A stretch of 64,000 bases of DNA from Eledone cirrhosa (GCA_964016885.1 OZ024740.1:139872001-139936000); one strand, 5' to 3'; shown: positions 1-14,833, counted from the first letter of the stretch. The notes: generated by a model not told the origin, from the sequence alone. Made by a program: numbers and translations.

Positions 1-370
1 ATCTAGCAGTCGATTATTTATTTCTACATATCTATCTACTTTAATGTCTCTCTATCTAGCCAGCTGTCTTTCTAGCTTACCATGCACCTATTTGTCTATC
101 TATTTTCTTTTATTCTTTTCCTGGTTTCAGGCATTAGACTGTGACCCTGTTGGGGTGTGGAAAACTTTATCTTTCCTAAATAAAATTGAAGCACCTCCCC
201 TCTTCGTTGACTTCCACTTTCGTTGTCTTTCTCACCCTCTCCATAAATTTCTATATACATGTACATATGTGTGTGTCTGTATGAAGGTGGGGTTAGTAAT
301 TGTATGCATGTATGAATAGATGTATGTAGGTGCCTGTGTGGGCGTGTATTTATGCATTATTTATATATAT

Positions 371-636
371 TGTTTCTACTTTTGGTACAAGGCCAGCAAT
401 TATCCTAGTGTATTACTAGTACTTTATTTTATCGACCCCGTAAGGATGAAAGGCAAAGTTAAATCGGTAGAGAGTCGGGCACCGTGCTTTGCAGCATAGA
501 GTTACGGCCCTTTATGATCTGAGTTCAAATCCCATCGGGGTTGACTTTGCCTTTCATCCTTACGGGGTTGATAAAATAAAATACCAGTAATGCACTGGGT
601 AATTGCTGGCCTTGTGCCAAAAGTAGAAACAATTAT
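371..636. mobile_element. Two tRNA-derived SINE copies head-to-head (inverted ~90 bp arms)
   Basis: 371-462 is the reverse complement of the SINE 3' half in 541-633. B-box gagttcaaatcc at 521; core ctttgcctttcatccttacggggt.gataaaataa. Confidence 0.8.
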
Positions 637-716
637 TTATACATATTGTTGCATTTCATAATCGGACTTCACCACTCATATTTTTTCAGATAACCCATAT
701 GATTATGTGTATGCTT

Positions 717-762
<46 letters not shown>

Positions 763-1316
763 AAAGTTATATCTGTATATATAAAAGTAAGCGAAACTGC
801 GTACATGTGTTTTATAAATTTTGCACATTTTTTCGTATATAGATAAAGAAACTTATTTCCCTGCAAACTGAAAAAGTGATGAAAGCTCGATGAGGTTTGA
901 AACCGGTTAAAAGTATTTATCAAAATTTTATTATTTAACATTTTTTTAAATTCCATCTATATAACCTGAACCTACGAAAATGTATTTTTGTAAAATTTAA
1001 AATAAAAAGACATCGTGTTTTATTGATATTTAAAGGGATTATGACAGCTGCTTTCGGTAAAGCGTTATGGAATAAATTGTTCTTAAATATATACATTTCA
1101 ATTGACGTTCTAATGATTTATAATTGCATTCGTTACCTGAGTATCCAAATATCCAGTGTTTATATGTATAAGTATATATATATATATATTTAAAGTAGTG
1201 ACATAGTCACTACTTTAAAACAATAGCGTAAGGTCTTCAAAATGCTTTTAATTAAGCATACAGTGTATTGCAAAATACACTATATATACATTCATATATA
1301 TATATTATATATATAT

Positions 1317-1357
<41 letters not shown>

Positions 1358-1813
1358 GTAGAAAGTGAGGGTTTTTTTTTACAAAATGAAAAATAACCGA
1401 GGTGTCCTACACGAGTGAAAGTATAAAGAAAAAAACATGAAATCGAAAATGCAACTGGAATCTTATTTTTATAAATATATATATATATTTTTTTTAAATA
1501 AGACTCCAGTTGCATTTTCGATTTCATCTTTTTTTCTTCATATATATCAATGGAAAAAATGAAACGAAATTTCATTTCTCACTCTTAGTACGGCTGTTAC
1601 TTAAATATAAGTATGTATACGTACATGCATATATGTATACAGACGTACAGTAGTATGTATATATATATACATACATGCACACATATATATATGTACGTAT
1701 GGATTCACCGAACATTCATTATAATGCTCGGTGTGTTTGTACACAAACATCCCGAATTAAGCCTACAGTGTTTAGCAACCATCGTTGCCCTTTTGTTCAA
1801 CACTGACAAAGGA

Positions 1814-1856
1814 ACGATGTACTAGTTTCAAGCTTATTAGCTATCGTCAGCACCGT
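1814..1856 (-). ncRNA. Minimal type I hammerhead ribozyme (intact core)
   Basis: Minus strand reads ACGGTG-CTGACGA-T-AGCT-AATA-AGCT-T-GAA-ACTAGT-A-CATCGT: stem I ACGGTG/CATCGT, canonical CUGANGA and GAAA, stem II AGCT/AGCT, palindromic stem III ACTAGT, cleavage triplet GUA. Confidence 0.85.
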
Positions 1857-2250
1857 ATACCTTCCTGCCAGATGATTGAACATCTGAAAGTATATACTTT
1901 CCTTATGCATATTAACGGCTGATCAGCCTAATTTTCATATCGAGTAAGTTAATCGACCGGGCGCACCGAAAACGATAAACGGAAAAAATGAAACGAATTT
2001 TATTTCTCACTCTTAGTACGGCTGTTACTTAAATATAAGTATGTACACGTACATACATATATGTATACAGACGTACAGTAGTATGTATATATATATACAT
2101 ACATGCACACATATATATATGTACGTATGGATTCACCGAACATTTATTATAATGCCGTACTAAGAGTGAGAAACGAAATTTCGTTTCATTTTTTCCGTTT
2201 ATCGTTTTCGGTGCGCCCGGCCGATTAACTCATATATAGAGAGAGGGGGG

Positions 2251-2372
2251 AAGAGTCAGGACCCCGACGGCTGAGGTCCGGTCGTTAGGGGTCCTGACTC
2301 GTTCCCTATTACGCACTCTACTACCCTAAGTATCGAGTACTCTCGTGCGTTATCTTACCAAACCTTTGTTTT
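2251..2372 (+). mobile_element. Short fold-back PLE pLTR-like insert (GAGCTC-hairpin family)
   Basis: gagtcaggaccccgacgg...ggggtcctgactc hairpin followed by the family arm cctattac.cactctactaccctaagtatcgagtact. Confidence 0.7.
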
Positions 2373-2391
2373 ATATATATATATATATATT

Positions 2392-2887
2392 TTCTCCGGG
2401 TAACAGGATCCGGTGGTGAAGAGAGAGATGTAAGGGAATGTAGAATGAGATGTATAGTGTGTAGAGGATCGTAGGAAAGAGCGTAAAAATTAAAAATAAT
2501 AACACGAGATAGAGTTACCTTGGGAGAGATTTAATTGTCCCTATATTTCGGATTCGCATCCATCATCTGCGGAGAGCGGGGTTACCGGAGGGGTGTTTAT
2601 CTGTCGGCGAGGAACGGTACGTGTCCTCTGCTGTTCGCTGTTTGTGACTAACTGAGGTATTCTGCAGAGCGCACGTGCGCGCGGAATAAGTGCGGTCAAG
2701 CAAAGGTCGACGGTCGAGGCAGTTCTTTTAATTGTGGGAGTTGGATGGCGTTAGCTGTCAATCCATTGTATTATTTATCTATGCTGGTTTTTTGTATTAG
2801 CAGTGTAGTATATTCGGTGGTAGTAGTCTGCCTGGTCGGTGGATGGTGGCGGTGCTACACACCCAATAACAATCGTTCGAATGTTAC

Positions 2888-2918
<31 letters not shown>

Positions 2919-4197
2919 GTTGTTGTCTCGTTTGTTTACACCAACCACCTCATTTCGCTTCTCTCGGATCGGTTATTTATTTGTGGCCCTAGGCGTTTGA
3001 TCCAAAGTGCTTCCCTGATTCGTAACGTGCCGACGTTGCGTTCTGTTGCTAGCACTGTGACAATGGGCCTTCCGTCTTTGTTTCCGCATTTGGTTATGTG
3101 TTTCCGGAAAGACGAGACCCTGGTGTTGATGTGCTCCTTGATCCGGATGTGTAGCGGCCGGATTGTGCTACCGATATAGTAGTGGTTGCACTTGTCACAT
3201 TCTACATTATACACGACGTATGTGCGTAAGCAACAGTTCGTATGGCGCATCGGACAGTTTCTGAGGGACCACGCGTCAGTCGATTTCCTGGGTTTCCTGG
3301 AGAGGCATCTTCGCAGGGAGAGGCCCGAGTGGGCCAGGTGGATGTCGAGCCCCTCTCTCCGTATAGCCCTGCGGATAGCGTTGGTGGTATTCTCGCCCAG
3401 GTGTGGTATCTTAAGGAAGCACTTGCCTTGGGTGTTTCTCTGCCTCTTGCGTCTGGTGTCTCTTACTCTGTTTGTGAGCGCGGCAGGGTACCCGTTCGTC
3501 TCCAGCACTTTGAGGAATCGCTTGGTGTGGGTGACACCATTCACGGGATTGCTGCATCTGTTTTTAATTCGCGTGATCTCGTTCGTGATGTACCCTCTTT
3601 TAGCACTGTTAGGGAGAAGTTGGTGTGGATCCCTCCCTGCACCGTGGTGTTGATTCAGAAGTCGATGAGGGCAAGTGACCCGTCGTCGCTGGGGTGTTCA
3701 ACACTGAAATCAATGTTCTCGTCTGTGTTGTTGAACGTCTCATAAATTCCCTTCGCCATCTCCTGGGAAGATGTGAAGATGAGGATGTCGTCCTCGTACC
3801 TTGAGAAAAAGGGTGACGGCGTTTGGGTGGCAGGTGTTGAGTGCCTTGCGCTCGAGTCTGTCCATGTATGAGAGCGCTAGCACACCCGACAGGCTTGAGC
3901 CCTTGGGCAGTCCCGAGGTTTGCTGGTATCTTTGGTCGATAAAACCGAAGTATGTGGTGTCAACGACGACGGATAGGAGTTGGTGGATGTCAGTGGGGGT
4001 GAGCTCGAAGCAGTGTAGGTCGGTAGATTGGACGCGTTCCATCAGTATATCAACGGCTCTTTACACCTCGGTCCCGGCGCTCCCGGCCGTTGATATACCG
4101 ATGGAACGCGTCCAATCTACCGACCTACACTGCTTCGGGCTCACCCCACTGACATCCACCAACTCCTATCCGTCGTCGTTGACAACACATACTTCAG
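2392..4197 (-). mobile_element. 5'-truncated Penelope-like retroelement (RT + C-terminal GIY-YIG endonuclease, 3' pseudo-LTR, 5' fold-back)
   Basis: RT motifs YQQTSGLPKGSSLSGVLA..YMDRLE and frameshifted RYEDDILIF (~3775-3801). GIY-YIG VVYNVECDKCNHYYIGSTIRPLHIRIKEH...LRIREALWIKRLGPQINN (2936-3250). ~3947-4057 recurs inverted at ~4086-4196. The 3' end abuts (TA)n. Confidence 0.92.
2537..2574 (-). ncRNA. Variant hammerhead motif in Penelope 3' pseudo-LTR
   Basis: Minus: CAGATGA-T-GGAT-GCGA-ATCC-GAA-ATAT-A-GGGAC, on the same strand as and downstream of the Penelope ORF. Core has U4A. Confidence 0.55.
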
Positions 4198-4227
4198 AGT
4201 TCCGTTCATTGCTTCCACTATCTACTG

Positions 4228-4448
4228 CAGGCATGTCAAATATGTGGCCCGCGGACCGCATGCAGCCCTTTACAAGCACACCTGCGGTCCGCACAAAGAT
4301 TTTTACGGCGCGAACATGTTTTATCTTCGTAATATGAAATAACAAAAAAATTAGTCATAATGTGTGCAGTTAGTTGTCGTGTGTGGCCCTCGGGCAACAC
4401 ATATGTGATCCATGTGGGCCTCGGGGGATCTTCAGTCTGACATGCCTG
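4228..4448. mobile_element. hAT (Charlie-like) MITE
   Basis: TIRs CAGGCATGTCA / TGACATGCCTG; flanks atctactg and atctagac (degenerate 8-bp TSD). Confidence 0.8.
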
Positions 4449-4488
4449 ATCTAGACTATATTTTAACCAGTAATCCATGTTTCATCCA

Positions 4489-4583
<95 letters not shown>

Positions 4584-4887
4584 ATATTTGAATCTACTAT
4601 GATTTGGACTTACCTTATTCATATTTATATGTTATTGCATGCCAGTTAGGTTCAAATTTACAATGATTGGCATTATATATATATATATATGAAAAACATG
4701 GGGAGAAGAATACTGCATGGTTGCACATGGATTACATATTGTAAAATTAGTCCCTCATCAGTGATTTGCTAACGATCATTGGTATTTCATCGCATTAAAA
4801 ATCAAATACCTCAGGTTGGTGCGAGCAATAACTAAAATAAGCTATTGGGACAAGTGAACCGCGTAAAGCGAGTGAGACAAGTAAACA

Positions 4888-5000
<113 letters not shown>

Positions 5001-5903
5001 GTTTGTTAAAATAATTGAATTAAATTAATTCAACAGTTAAACACACATAGGAATAATAGGTTGTTACCAAAGAGCTAGAAGATTGACAAGTCGACCCGAA
5101 ATATATCTAATACCTCTAGGAAAGCCATGAACGACACCACATCTTTTTAATTTTGATTTTAAACGTAGGTTTATAATTATTAATTTTCATTGTATTTTTT
5201 TTTGTAGCTGTCTCGGCGGCCTAGCTGGAGGAATCAGAGACGGTGGTGATCCCGGTCTGAAGTTCGATCCTGGTCGGGAGTAGGGACCCTTTTCATTTTT
5301 TTCCTATGGGATGTAAAATAAAATCTGAAAAAGATTACATGTACCTCGTGACAAGTATTGAACGCAAGACGAGGATTTCCACCGTCTCTCGTGCCTACCA
5401 CTAGGCCACTGAAACAGCTACGAAAATCTCTTGAAAATTTATACTTATAAACCTACTTTCAAAATTTTCAATACAAAATGATCTGGTGTCGTTCATGTCT
5501 TTCTTAATGTTATTGCTCATACTTAAGGTCGGCTTCTAAATCATTTGGGTGTTTCGTAAACTACATCCTCGTTTTGTTTCTCATTTGTCTAAACTATATT
5601 TTAACCTGTAATCCATGTTTCATTTCTGTCGCACCTCATTTCTCCCGCACTCCCTCCCTCTCTCTCTCTCCCTCTCTTTCTCCCCCTCTCTCCCTCGCTC
5701 TCTCCTTCTCTCTTCTCCTCTCTCTCTTTCTCTCTGTGATATTTGAATCTACTATAATTTGGGCTTACCTTATATATGCTTTTGCATGTCAGTTTGATTC
5801 AAACTTGTTGAGAGCTTTCTCTTGCTTGCTCCTATTTTTACCAAAACAATCTCTTCGGAACACACACACATACACACACATATATACACACACACACACG
5901 CAC

Positions 5904-5958
<55 letters not shown>

Positions 5959-5967
5959 CCACTCTCT

Positions 5968-6002
<35 letters not shown>

Positions 6003-6518
6003 GTCCAATTTTCTCCAGCTAGCGCCAATATTAAGCAACATTCCTCCACCCACTAAAAGAAAAATGCTGGCCTGGAGCCTAAATTAAAAACTAAATTAAA
6101 AGCTAAGAGCGGTAAATTATCATAATCGTTAGATTGTCGGGGAAAATGTTTTGAGGTACTTGTTTCGATTCTAATTCGAAAACCTATCGAGGTAAACTTT
6201 GCTTTTCATCTTTTCGGGAGGTTGATGAAGTACCGGTCACGTACTGGGACAGTTTAATCCACTAATTCCCACCCGGATATCTGTCTATTGCGATTCTACC
6301 AGTTCACTGCCATTGACCAGTAATTTTGTTATTTAGTCATTGACCCCGGAAGAAGGGAAGAAACAGTTGACCTCAACGAGATTTGAATTCAGAACGCAAG
6401 GAATCAGAATAAATAGCAGAAGACATTTTGTCATACGCTCTAACGATTCTACCAATTCGTCGCCTATATTCTGTCTAGCGTATTTGTGTTCCAGCAGCAG
6501 CGATCCAGATGTATATAT

Positions 6519-6666
<148 letters not shown>

Positions 6667-6776
6667 CGCGTGCGTGCGCGTGTGTGTGTGTGTGTAAAAG
6701 GTAAACAGAAATAACAACACACATAAGGGTGAAAGCAGCGGTTCTTTGCTTAAACTTTAATCTGTTATTTTAATAA

Positions 6777-6818
<42 letters not shown>

Positions 6819-6841
6819 TATGTATGTATGTATATTGTAAG

Positions 6842-6941
<100 letters not shown>

Positions 6942-8258
6942 AAATTTATATATATATATATATATACAATAAATTTAAGTTTAATCGATACATAGAACTA
7001 TTAAATTTACCATCTTAAATTAAGTATATCTTCTTACAATTTAATCGTTCTATATAATACTAGTAGTTTCTCAATTGATATTATTAGTATATTCCTTTAA
7101 ACTTGTGAAATTGTACGCTCTGAACAAAATGTTCATCGAACTTTTTTTTAAGAAACACAATCGGTATATATTTTTTATATATCGATAAAACTTAAATTTA
7201 TTGCATTTTTGTTACTATTTTTTCAATTAGACGAGTTGCCTTATGGGACTTTCTTGGTGCTATTTTTAGCATTCTTTACAGCCTATCCCGTCATATCTGC
7301 TTTTCTATTAAACGGTATTTTAATACCATGTGAAGCAATGTTTTAATTTGTTCCCTGAGGAGATAGCTTGTAGTTTATATAGTTTTATATTAGACCAATT
7401 CCTTTTATTGAGATGTTGATTTCCAAAATTGGTAATTGGTGATTAATACTAGTTGTTAAGATTGATGGTTTGCGACTTTCACAAGATTTTCCGAAACATT
7501 TTTCGGAATTTTAAATTTACCATTTTAAAGTAAGTATATATTTTTACAAAAGATATACTTACTTTAAGTTACTTGACATTAACGGTACATATTCCTTTAT
7601 ATATCATCTAAACTTGTTGTATAGTTTCAAAAAAAGCTCGCATGACTAAGTCTTTAGAAGATGAATTCAAAATAGGAGACGCACAAAACAATAGAAAAAC
7701 AGCGGAAAGAAGGACTGTCTGTCTTTCTGTTGATTTTTCCATTGTCTTTGTCCTATTTTAAATATATATATATGTGTGTGTGTGAGCGCGTATGTATGTG
7801 TGAAAGCGAGTGGCTTAGTGGTTAAAGTGTTATACTTACGATCATAATACCGAGGATTTGATGGCGAGTTGTGTTCTTGAACAAAGCACTTACCCGTTAC
7901 ATCAGTACACTCAGCTGATAATGAGTACCAACTGTACCTGGGAATAACCCTGTCATGGACTGTCTTCATGTCCAGGTGGAAGTTTTGTGATTTCGGACAC
8001 TTATAGCCGATGAAAAATGAAACCTGGAATAAGCATCAGTTTGATGGCTCAAACATACTTAAACTTAACTTTTAACTATATAGGAAATGTATAAAGGCGT
8101 ACATGGGTCCATATACAGCTATCTCAGTATCCATATATATACCACGTTAGTGCTCTAGCTAATTAGTACTATTCCGCCATACACGCATTATATGCAAATA
8201 AACTAGCATCAAAAATAGATTATTTACAAAACCTATATAAAGCTTCTGAAATATGTAT

Positions 8259-8323
<65 letters not shown>

Positions 8324-8365
8324 TAAAATATAAGTATTAATAAAATAGATGTTCTTTCGATCAAT

Positions 8366-8424
8366 TACATTTTATTATACATATTTCGGATGTACAACAG
8401 TACGTCCTCATCAGACAAAATATA
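8366..8424 (-). ncRNA. Minimal type I hammerhead ribozyme (intact core) within a PLE-type inverted repeat
   Basis: Minus: TATATTTTGT-CTGATGA-GGACGTAC-TGTT-GTACATCC-GAA-ATATGTAT-A-ATAAAATGTA. Stem I is 10 bp (2 G-U), stem II 7/8 bp, stem III near-palindromic, triplet AUA. About 70 bp (~8332-8398) recur inverted at ~8488-8552. Confidence 0.8.
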
Positions 8425-8653
8425 ATGATACATGACATACTCTGAGATGTTAAATGGTTAAGATTTAATCAAGGTAGTACTACCATGTTGTACATCCGAA
8501 ATATGTATAATAAAATGTAATTGATCAAAAGAACATCTATTTTATTAATACTTCTATTTAATATTAATAACTCCAGAAAATTATTCCCGTTGAGTGCTTC
8601 CAATCTACTGTAAAACTCATTCTTTGACATAATCATTGAATATTGTTTAACAC

Positions 8654-8707
<54 letters not shown>

Positions 8708-8711
<4 letters not shown>

Positions 8712-8861
8712 CGAAGGAGTTGTGGTAAGGAACCAGATGGACCATAACACACCAGAGTACTCAATACTTAGGTTAGTAGAGTGGGTAATAGGAAAATGTA
8801 TGACCCCGACGGCAGAGCTCAATGTCGAAACGGCTTGAGCTCTGCCGTCGGGGTCATACAT

Positions 8862-8866
<5 letters not shown>
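8708..8866 (-). mobile_element. Short fold-back PLE pLTR-like insert (GAGCTC-hairpin family) in (TA)n
   Basis: Family arm plus inverted short arm gtcGAAACGGCTTGAGCTCTGCCGTCggggtc. Confidence 0.75.
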
Positions 8867-8904
<38 letters not shown>

Positions 8905-9324
8905 TATAGCCCTCTTATTTGGATACACCTTAAAATACTTACAGTAAAAGAATATATATATTTAATATACATAAACACACTGTAAATGAATCCACATTTA
9001 TTGTGTACCACTCTCAGTTAGTATTATAGTTAACCCGCAACAGTGGTACTAGTTAGGATTGTGATAAGAATAACGTGTGTGTGTGTGTATGTGTGTGTGT
9101 GTATGTGTGTGGGGGGGGTCAAACATCTTATTAGCAATCCACTCAAACTTTCGTTCTGTACGTTCTATTGTTTTTATAAAGTTCAGCCCCATTGCGTGGC
9201 ATCTTGGGCAAGTGATATTTACCATAGCTTCGGGTTGACCCTCACTTTCAAGTGAAATTCGGTAAAAAGAATGTGTTCGGAAGATTGTAGAGCTGAATCA
9301 CATTGAGAATTATGTTACAGGTAG

Positions 9325-9606
9325 ACGAAAAACCTAATATATTGCGCAACATGTCCACAGTGTAAAGAGTATTACATTGGGGAAACCGGAACGGGACTAT
9401 ATGGTAGAGTCCGGGTACATAAACAACAAATTAAAGACCCCACAGTCAGAAATACCACATGTAGCGCACACTTTGCATCATGCGGGAAGGGAAAATTCAC
9501 AATCTTCCCTTTCTTCAAGATATGGTCGGATAACGAACATTTCCGCAGATATAAAGAAGAATTCTTCATTGAAAAATTTAAACCACTACTGAACACGAAA
9601 AAATGA
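9325..9606 (+). pseudogene. Isolated PLE GIY-YIG endonuclease domain (not in the ORF track; no start codon)
   Basis: Uninterrupted frame TKNLIYCATCPQCKEYYIGETGTGLYGRVRVHKQQIKDPTVRNTTCSAHFASCGKGKFTIFPFFKIWSDNEHFRRYKEEFFIEKFKPLLNTKK*. It contains NLIY/YIGET, the CCHH ligands, the catalytic R, E and the terminal N. Confidence 0.9.
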
Positions 9607-9699
9607 ATTAACACTCGGAGGTAAAATTCCATTTCACTACCCCCCCCCCTCTTCTTATGTGTACACATGAATATCTGAGTGAACGGTAAGACACACATC

Positions 9700-9801
9700 T
9701 ATGTGTGTAGGTATGTATGGATGTATGTACGTGTGGGTATATATGTATGTGGGTGTGTGTATGTGTGTGTATATATATATATGGATGTGTGTATATTTGT
9801 A

Positions 9802-9836
<35 letters not shown>

Positions 9837-9894
9837 GGATGTGTGTATGTATGTATATATGTGTATGTGTATATGTATGTGTATATTTGTATAT

Positions 9895-9983
<89 letters not shown>

Positions 9984-10135
9984 TATAGATATATGTTTAT
10001 ATGTGTATGTATATATACGTATGTATCTATATATGTGTGTGTGAGTATGTATGTGCATATATGTATATATGTGTGTACATATATGTATGTTTCTGTATGT
10101 GTATATGTATGTATGTATGTAGATGTATATATATA

Positions 10136-10166
<31 letters not shown>

Positions 10167-10227
10167 GTCTTTATGTGTTTGTGTGTACATATATATATAT
10201 ATATGTGTGTATGTATGTGTATGTATG

Positions 10228-10282
<55 letters not shown>

Positions 10283-10353
10283 ATATATAAAAATATATAT
10301 ATATGTGTATATATATATGTATATGTGTGTATGTGTCTGTATGTGTTTATGTG

Positions 10354-10412
<59 letters not shown>

Positions 10413-10539
10413 GTATGTGTTTGTATGTGTATGTGTATGTATATATATATATATATATATACATATATGTGTGTATATATATAAAAATATATATATATGT
10501 GTATATATATGTATATGTGTGTATGTGTCTGTATGTGTT

Positions 10540-10606
<67 letters not shown>

Positions 10607-10970
10607 GTATGTGTGTGTGTATGCCTCTATATATATATATATATATGTGTGTGTGTATGTGTGTGTGTGTATGCATGTATGTGTGAACGGATGTATATAT
10701 ACGGACATATGTATATGTGTGTGTGTGTGTATGTGTACACGTGTGTGTGTGTGTATGTGTGTGTGTGTGTGTATATATGTATATTTAGTTATGTATCTTT
10801 ATGTGTGTATATGTATGTATATGTATGTATGTATATATATATATATACCCATGTGGAGGTATGAGTACATATTCGTGTGTGTACGTATGTGTATATGTGT
10901 TTTTATATGTGTCTTTATATGTTTTTATGTATGTATGTGGATGTATATGTACATGGGTGTGTGATTGATG
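9700..10970. repeat. Long compound (TA)/(TG)/(TATG) microsatellite; representative of dozens of TA, CA, GA, TACA and CCA tracts across the window
   Basis: Direct reading. An internal block beginning ataaaaatatatatatatgtg recurs at ~10286 and ~10481. Confidence 0.95.
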
Positions 10971-11610
10971 GTGTGTGCCTATATATTCCTACATATGCCC
11001 GTGTGTGTATGTACGTGTATACGCACATATGTGTGTGTTGAACAACGGACTAATTTTGGGATGGACGTAGAAAAATTCTTCAGAAAAAAATAATTGTTTA
11101 CAAGCTTGGCAGGTGCGGTTTGCCTGTGACCATTCTCGATACAAATGAATACTAAAAGCTTTTTCCCCTGAATAAAGGAATTTTTCGAGAATGACCGGGG
11201 CAGGCCGCACTTGCTACATTTTTCCCCACCCAACCCTACTCACTGTCTCAACTCATTACTGCTATTAACATTTTTTCAACACACCTACACCCCTACACTT
11301 ATTAAAGGGGGAGAAAAAAAACCCACCACACCACAAACATGCTAAATCCCTATATATAGAACAACACACCACATCCACATCAGTTTGACAAGCGCACCTC
11401 AGCGTGAAAGGTCTTTCTAAAAACGAAACAATACCTCCTACGTTAACCAAGAACTCCTAAGACCTAACCAACAACCAACAACTTAATTTATATAAAAATA
11501 TTTCTTTTAAAAAAATTTTTTCTAATCCGGAAAAAAATTCTTTTTGGATTTTTGAAGAAAATAAATTTGTTGAAAGCACAAGTGAAGCCATTTTTTTCTT
11601 CCCCCCTGTC

Positions 11611-12100
<490 letters not shown>

Positions 12101-12110
12101 CTATATATAT

Positions 12111-12312
12111 ATTCGGAGCTGAGGATCCGCTAAGGTGAAACAATTGTTCTCGGTATGGTGAACTAACTGTTGTGTAACCACTTCTACCTAACTCGTCCCA
12201 TGTACTGAATGCATTCAGTCCATGGGACGAGTTAGGTAGAAGTGGTTACACAACAGTTAGTTCACCATACCGAGAACAATTGTTTCACCTTAGCGGATCC
12301 TCAGCTCCGAAT
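12111..12312. repeat. 202 bp spacerless palindrome carrying a hammerhead in each arm
   Basis: Centre gaatg|cattc at 12211/12212; one mismatch (12203/12220). Confidence 0.95.
12114..12153 (+). ncRNA. Mirror copy of the same hammerhead on the other arm of a palindrome (distal stem I missing)
   Basis: GAG-CTGAGGA-TCCGCTAAGGT-GAA-ACAATTGT-T-CTC on the plus strand. Confidence 0.7.
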
Positions 12313-12321
12313 GGGCATGGT
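12264..12321 (-). ncRNA. Type I hammerhead ribozyme with bulged extended stem I
   Basis: Minus: ACCATGCC-CATTCG-GAG-CTGAGGA-T-CC-GCTAA-GG-T-GAA-ACAATTGT-T-CTC-GGTATGGT. Stem I is GAG/CTC plus a 6-nt bulge plus ACCATGCC/GGTATGGT; palindromic stem III ACAATTGT; triplet GUU. Confidence 0.8.
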
Positions 12322-12362
12322 TATAGGAACAGGAAGGACCTATATATATATATATAGGTATT

Positions 12363-13085
<723 letters not shown>

Positions 13086-13564
13086 GTTGCTCTAGTAAAA
13101 TATTTTCTTCTGTAAAATCAGGCTGGGACTTTTGGGGTGGCATATCGGCAGTAACAATGACGATAAACCCTCTGTGCTTTCGTGAAATAAATTCGTTTGT
13201 TTATATTTTGTTTTTGTTTGCAAAAATATCTGTACACGAATATATAATTATATATATATATTAAAATAGCAGATTAAATTTTAAGCAAAGAATCGCTGCT
13301 TTAACTCTTAACAGGATCTTCTGAAACTAAACAAATCAATCTGTGAACGCAGAAGTAAATATTTCGAAAAACGTTGCAACCGAAGGAAAACAGGAAGACG
13401 ATACTTTGGTTCGTGAAGACGTTTCCTGGCAATGAACGGAAAAAAGCGAAGATAATACGTCAGCAATGAGAACAATATTTGCTCTAAGGTTCTTATATAT
13501 TTGATATATATTTATCCTTATCGAGCCCTCTTTGGATTTTAGTCTTCACATTTATTATTATTAC

Positions 13565-13656
<92 letters not shown>

Positions 13657-14113
13657 ATATTATATATATATATATATATATAATTATTGAGAGGGCATGC
13701 AGTAGCTTTGCACTGAATTAATTAAAAGTTCGTTAGAAGCGAAGTCAATGCAGACAGGCACCCAGACATATTATAAGCGTGCAACGTTATAGCTATGTAT
13801 CTAATGCAGACAGCGAGACATACAGAGACATATTATAATGGCGCTATGTATCTATCTAAAAAGACAGACTAAGAAAGAGAAAGAAATGTTGTATAACCGG
13901 AAGTGTTGCAATTTGAAAAGTGAATATTTAAATAAACAATAAAATATCTTTAATCTTTTAACGAAATTTAGAAGATAAAAATATCCTAACTTTCTTACTC
14001 GGAAAAAGTTACATCTATGGTGCAAAGTTGGTGGTATTTGGTCCAGCCGTTTGGCGAAAATTTTGTTACATACATACGGCTGTCAGCTTTATAATATATA
14101 TATATATATATAT

Positions 14114-14224
<111 letters not shown>

Positions 14225-14493
14225 TATAAAACTGTAGTTATATAGATTTTTGCAAAGTCTATACAAATCCACATTTCTACTCCGATTGACTTCAAACTTG
14301 CATTTATATAATCCTTGCGGTCTAAAGATATTAACTGCAGCTTTTATTTTTCAATTTTCTGTTGTTAAAGGAGTGTTAGACGCCAGTTATCGATCTCCAT
14401 CGAGCCCTTGTAATATCTGTCTGTATGCCTGGCTGTCTGCATTACGACATTCTGACGAACACGTCATTGCTGACGTATTATCTTCGCTACATT

Positions 14494-14567
<74 letters not shown>

Positions 14568-14779
14568 TACTTATATATACATATATATACACATATATAC
14601 ATATACACACATATATACACATATACATATATATATATATATACATATACAAACGCATATACATATACATATACACACACACACACATACATACACACAT
14701 ATATATATATACATACATACACACACACACATATATATATGCATACATACACACACATATATATATATATGTATCTGTG

Positions 14780-14833
<54 letters not shown>

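Noticed and set aside
5200-5280. tRNA gene
   Set aside because: A and B boxes are present but I could not fold a full cloverleaf; treated as a tRNA-like repeat.
6975-7620. AT-rich segment with faint PLE thumb-like words on the minus strand
   Set aside because: No reliable frame or diagnostic motif by eye.
9608-10964. Long YI/CV/HT-rich ORFs here and throughout the track
   Set aside because: They are translations of TA/CA/TACA microsatellites, open in several frames and on both strands.
14452-14485. CTGACGA followed by an ACGTCA/TGACGT hairpin; also CTGATGA at 52274 and 54584
   Set aside because: No GAAA correctly placed after a stem II.
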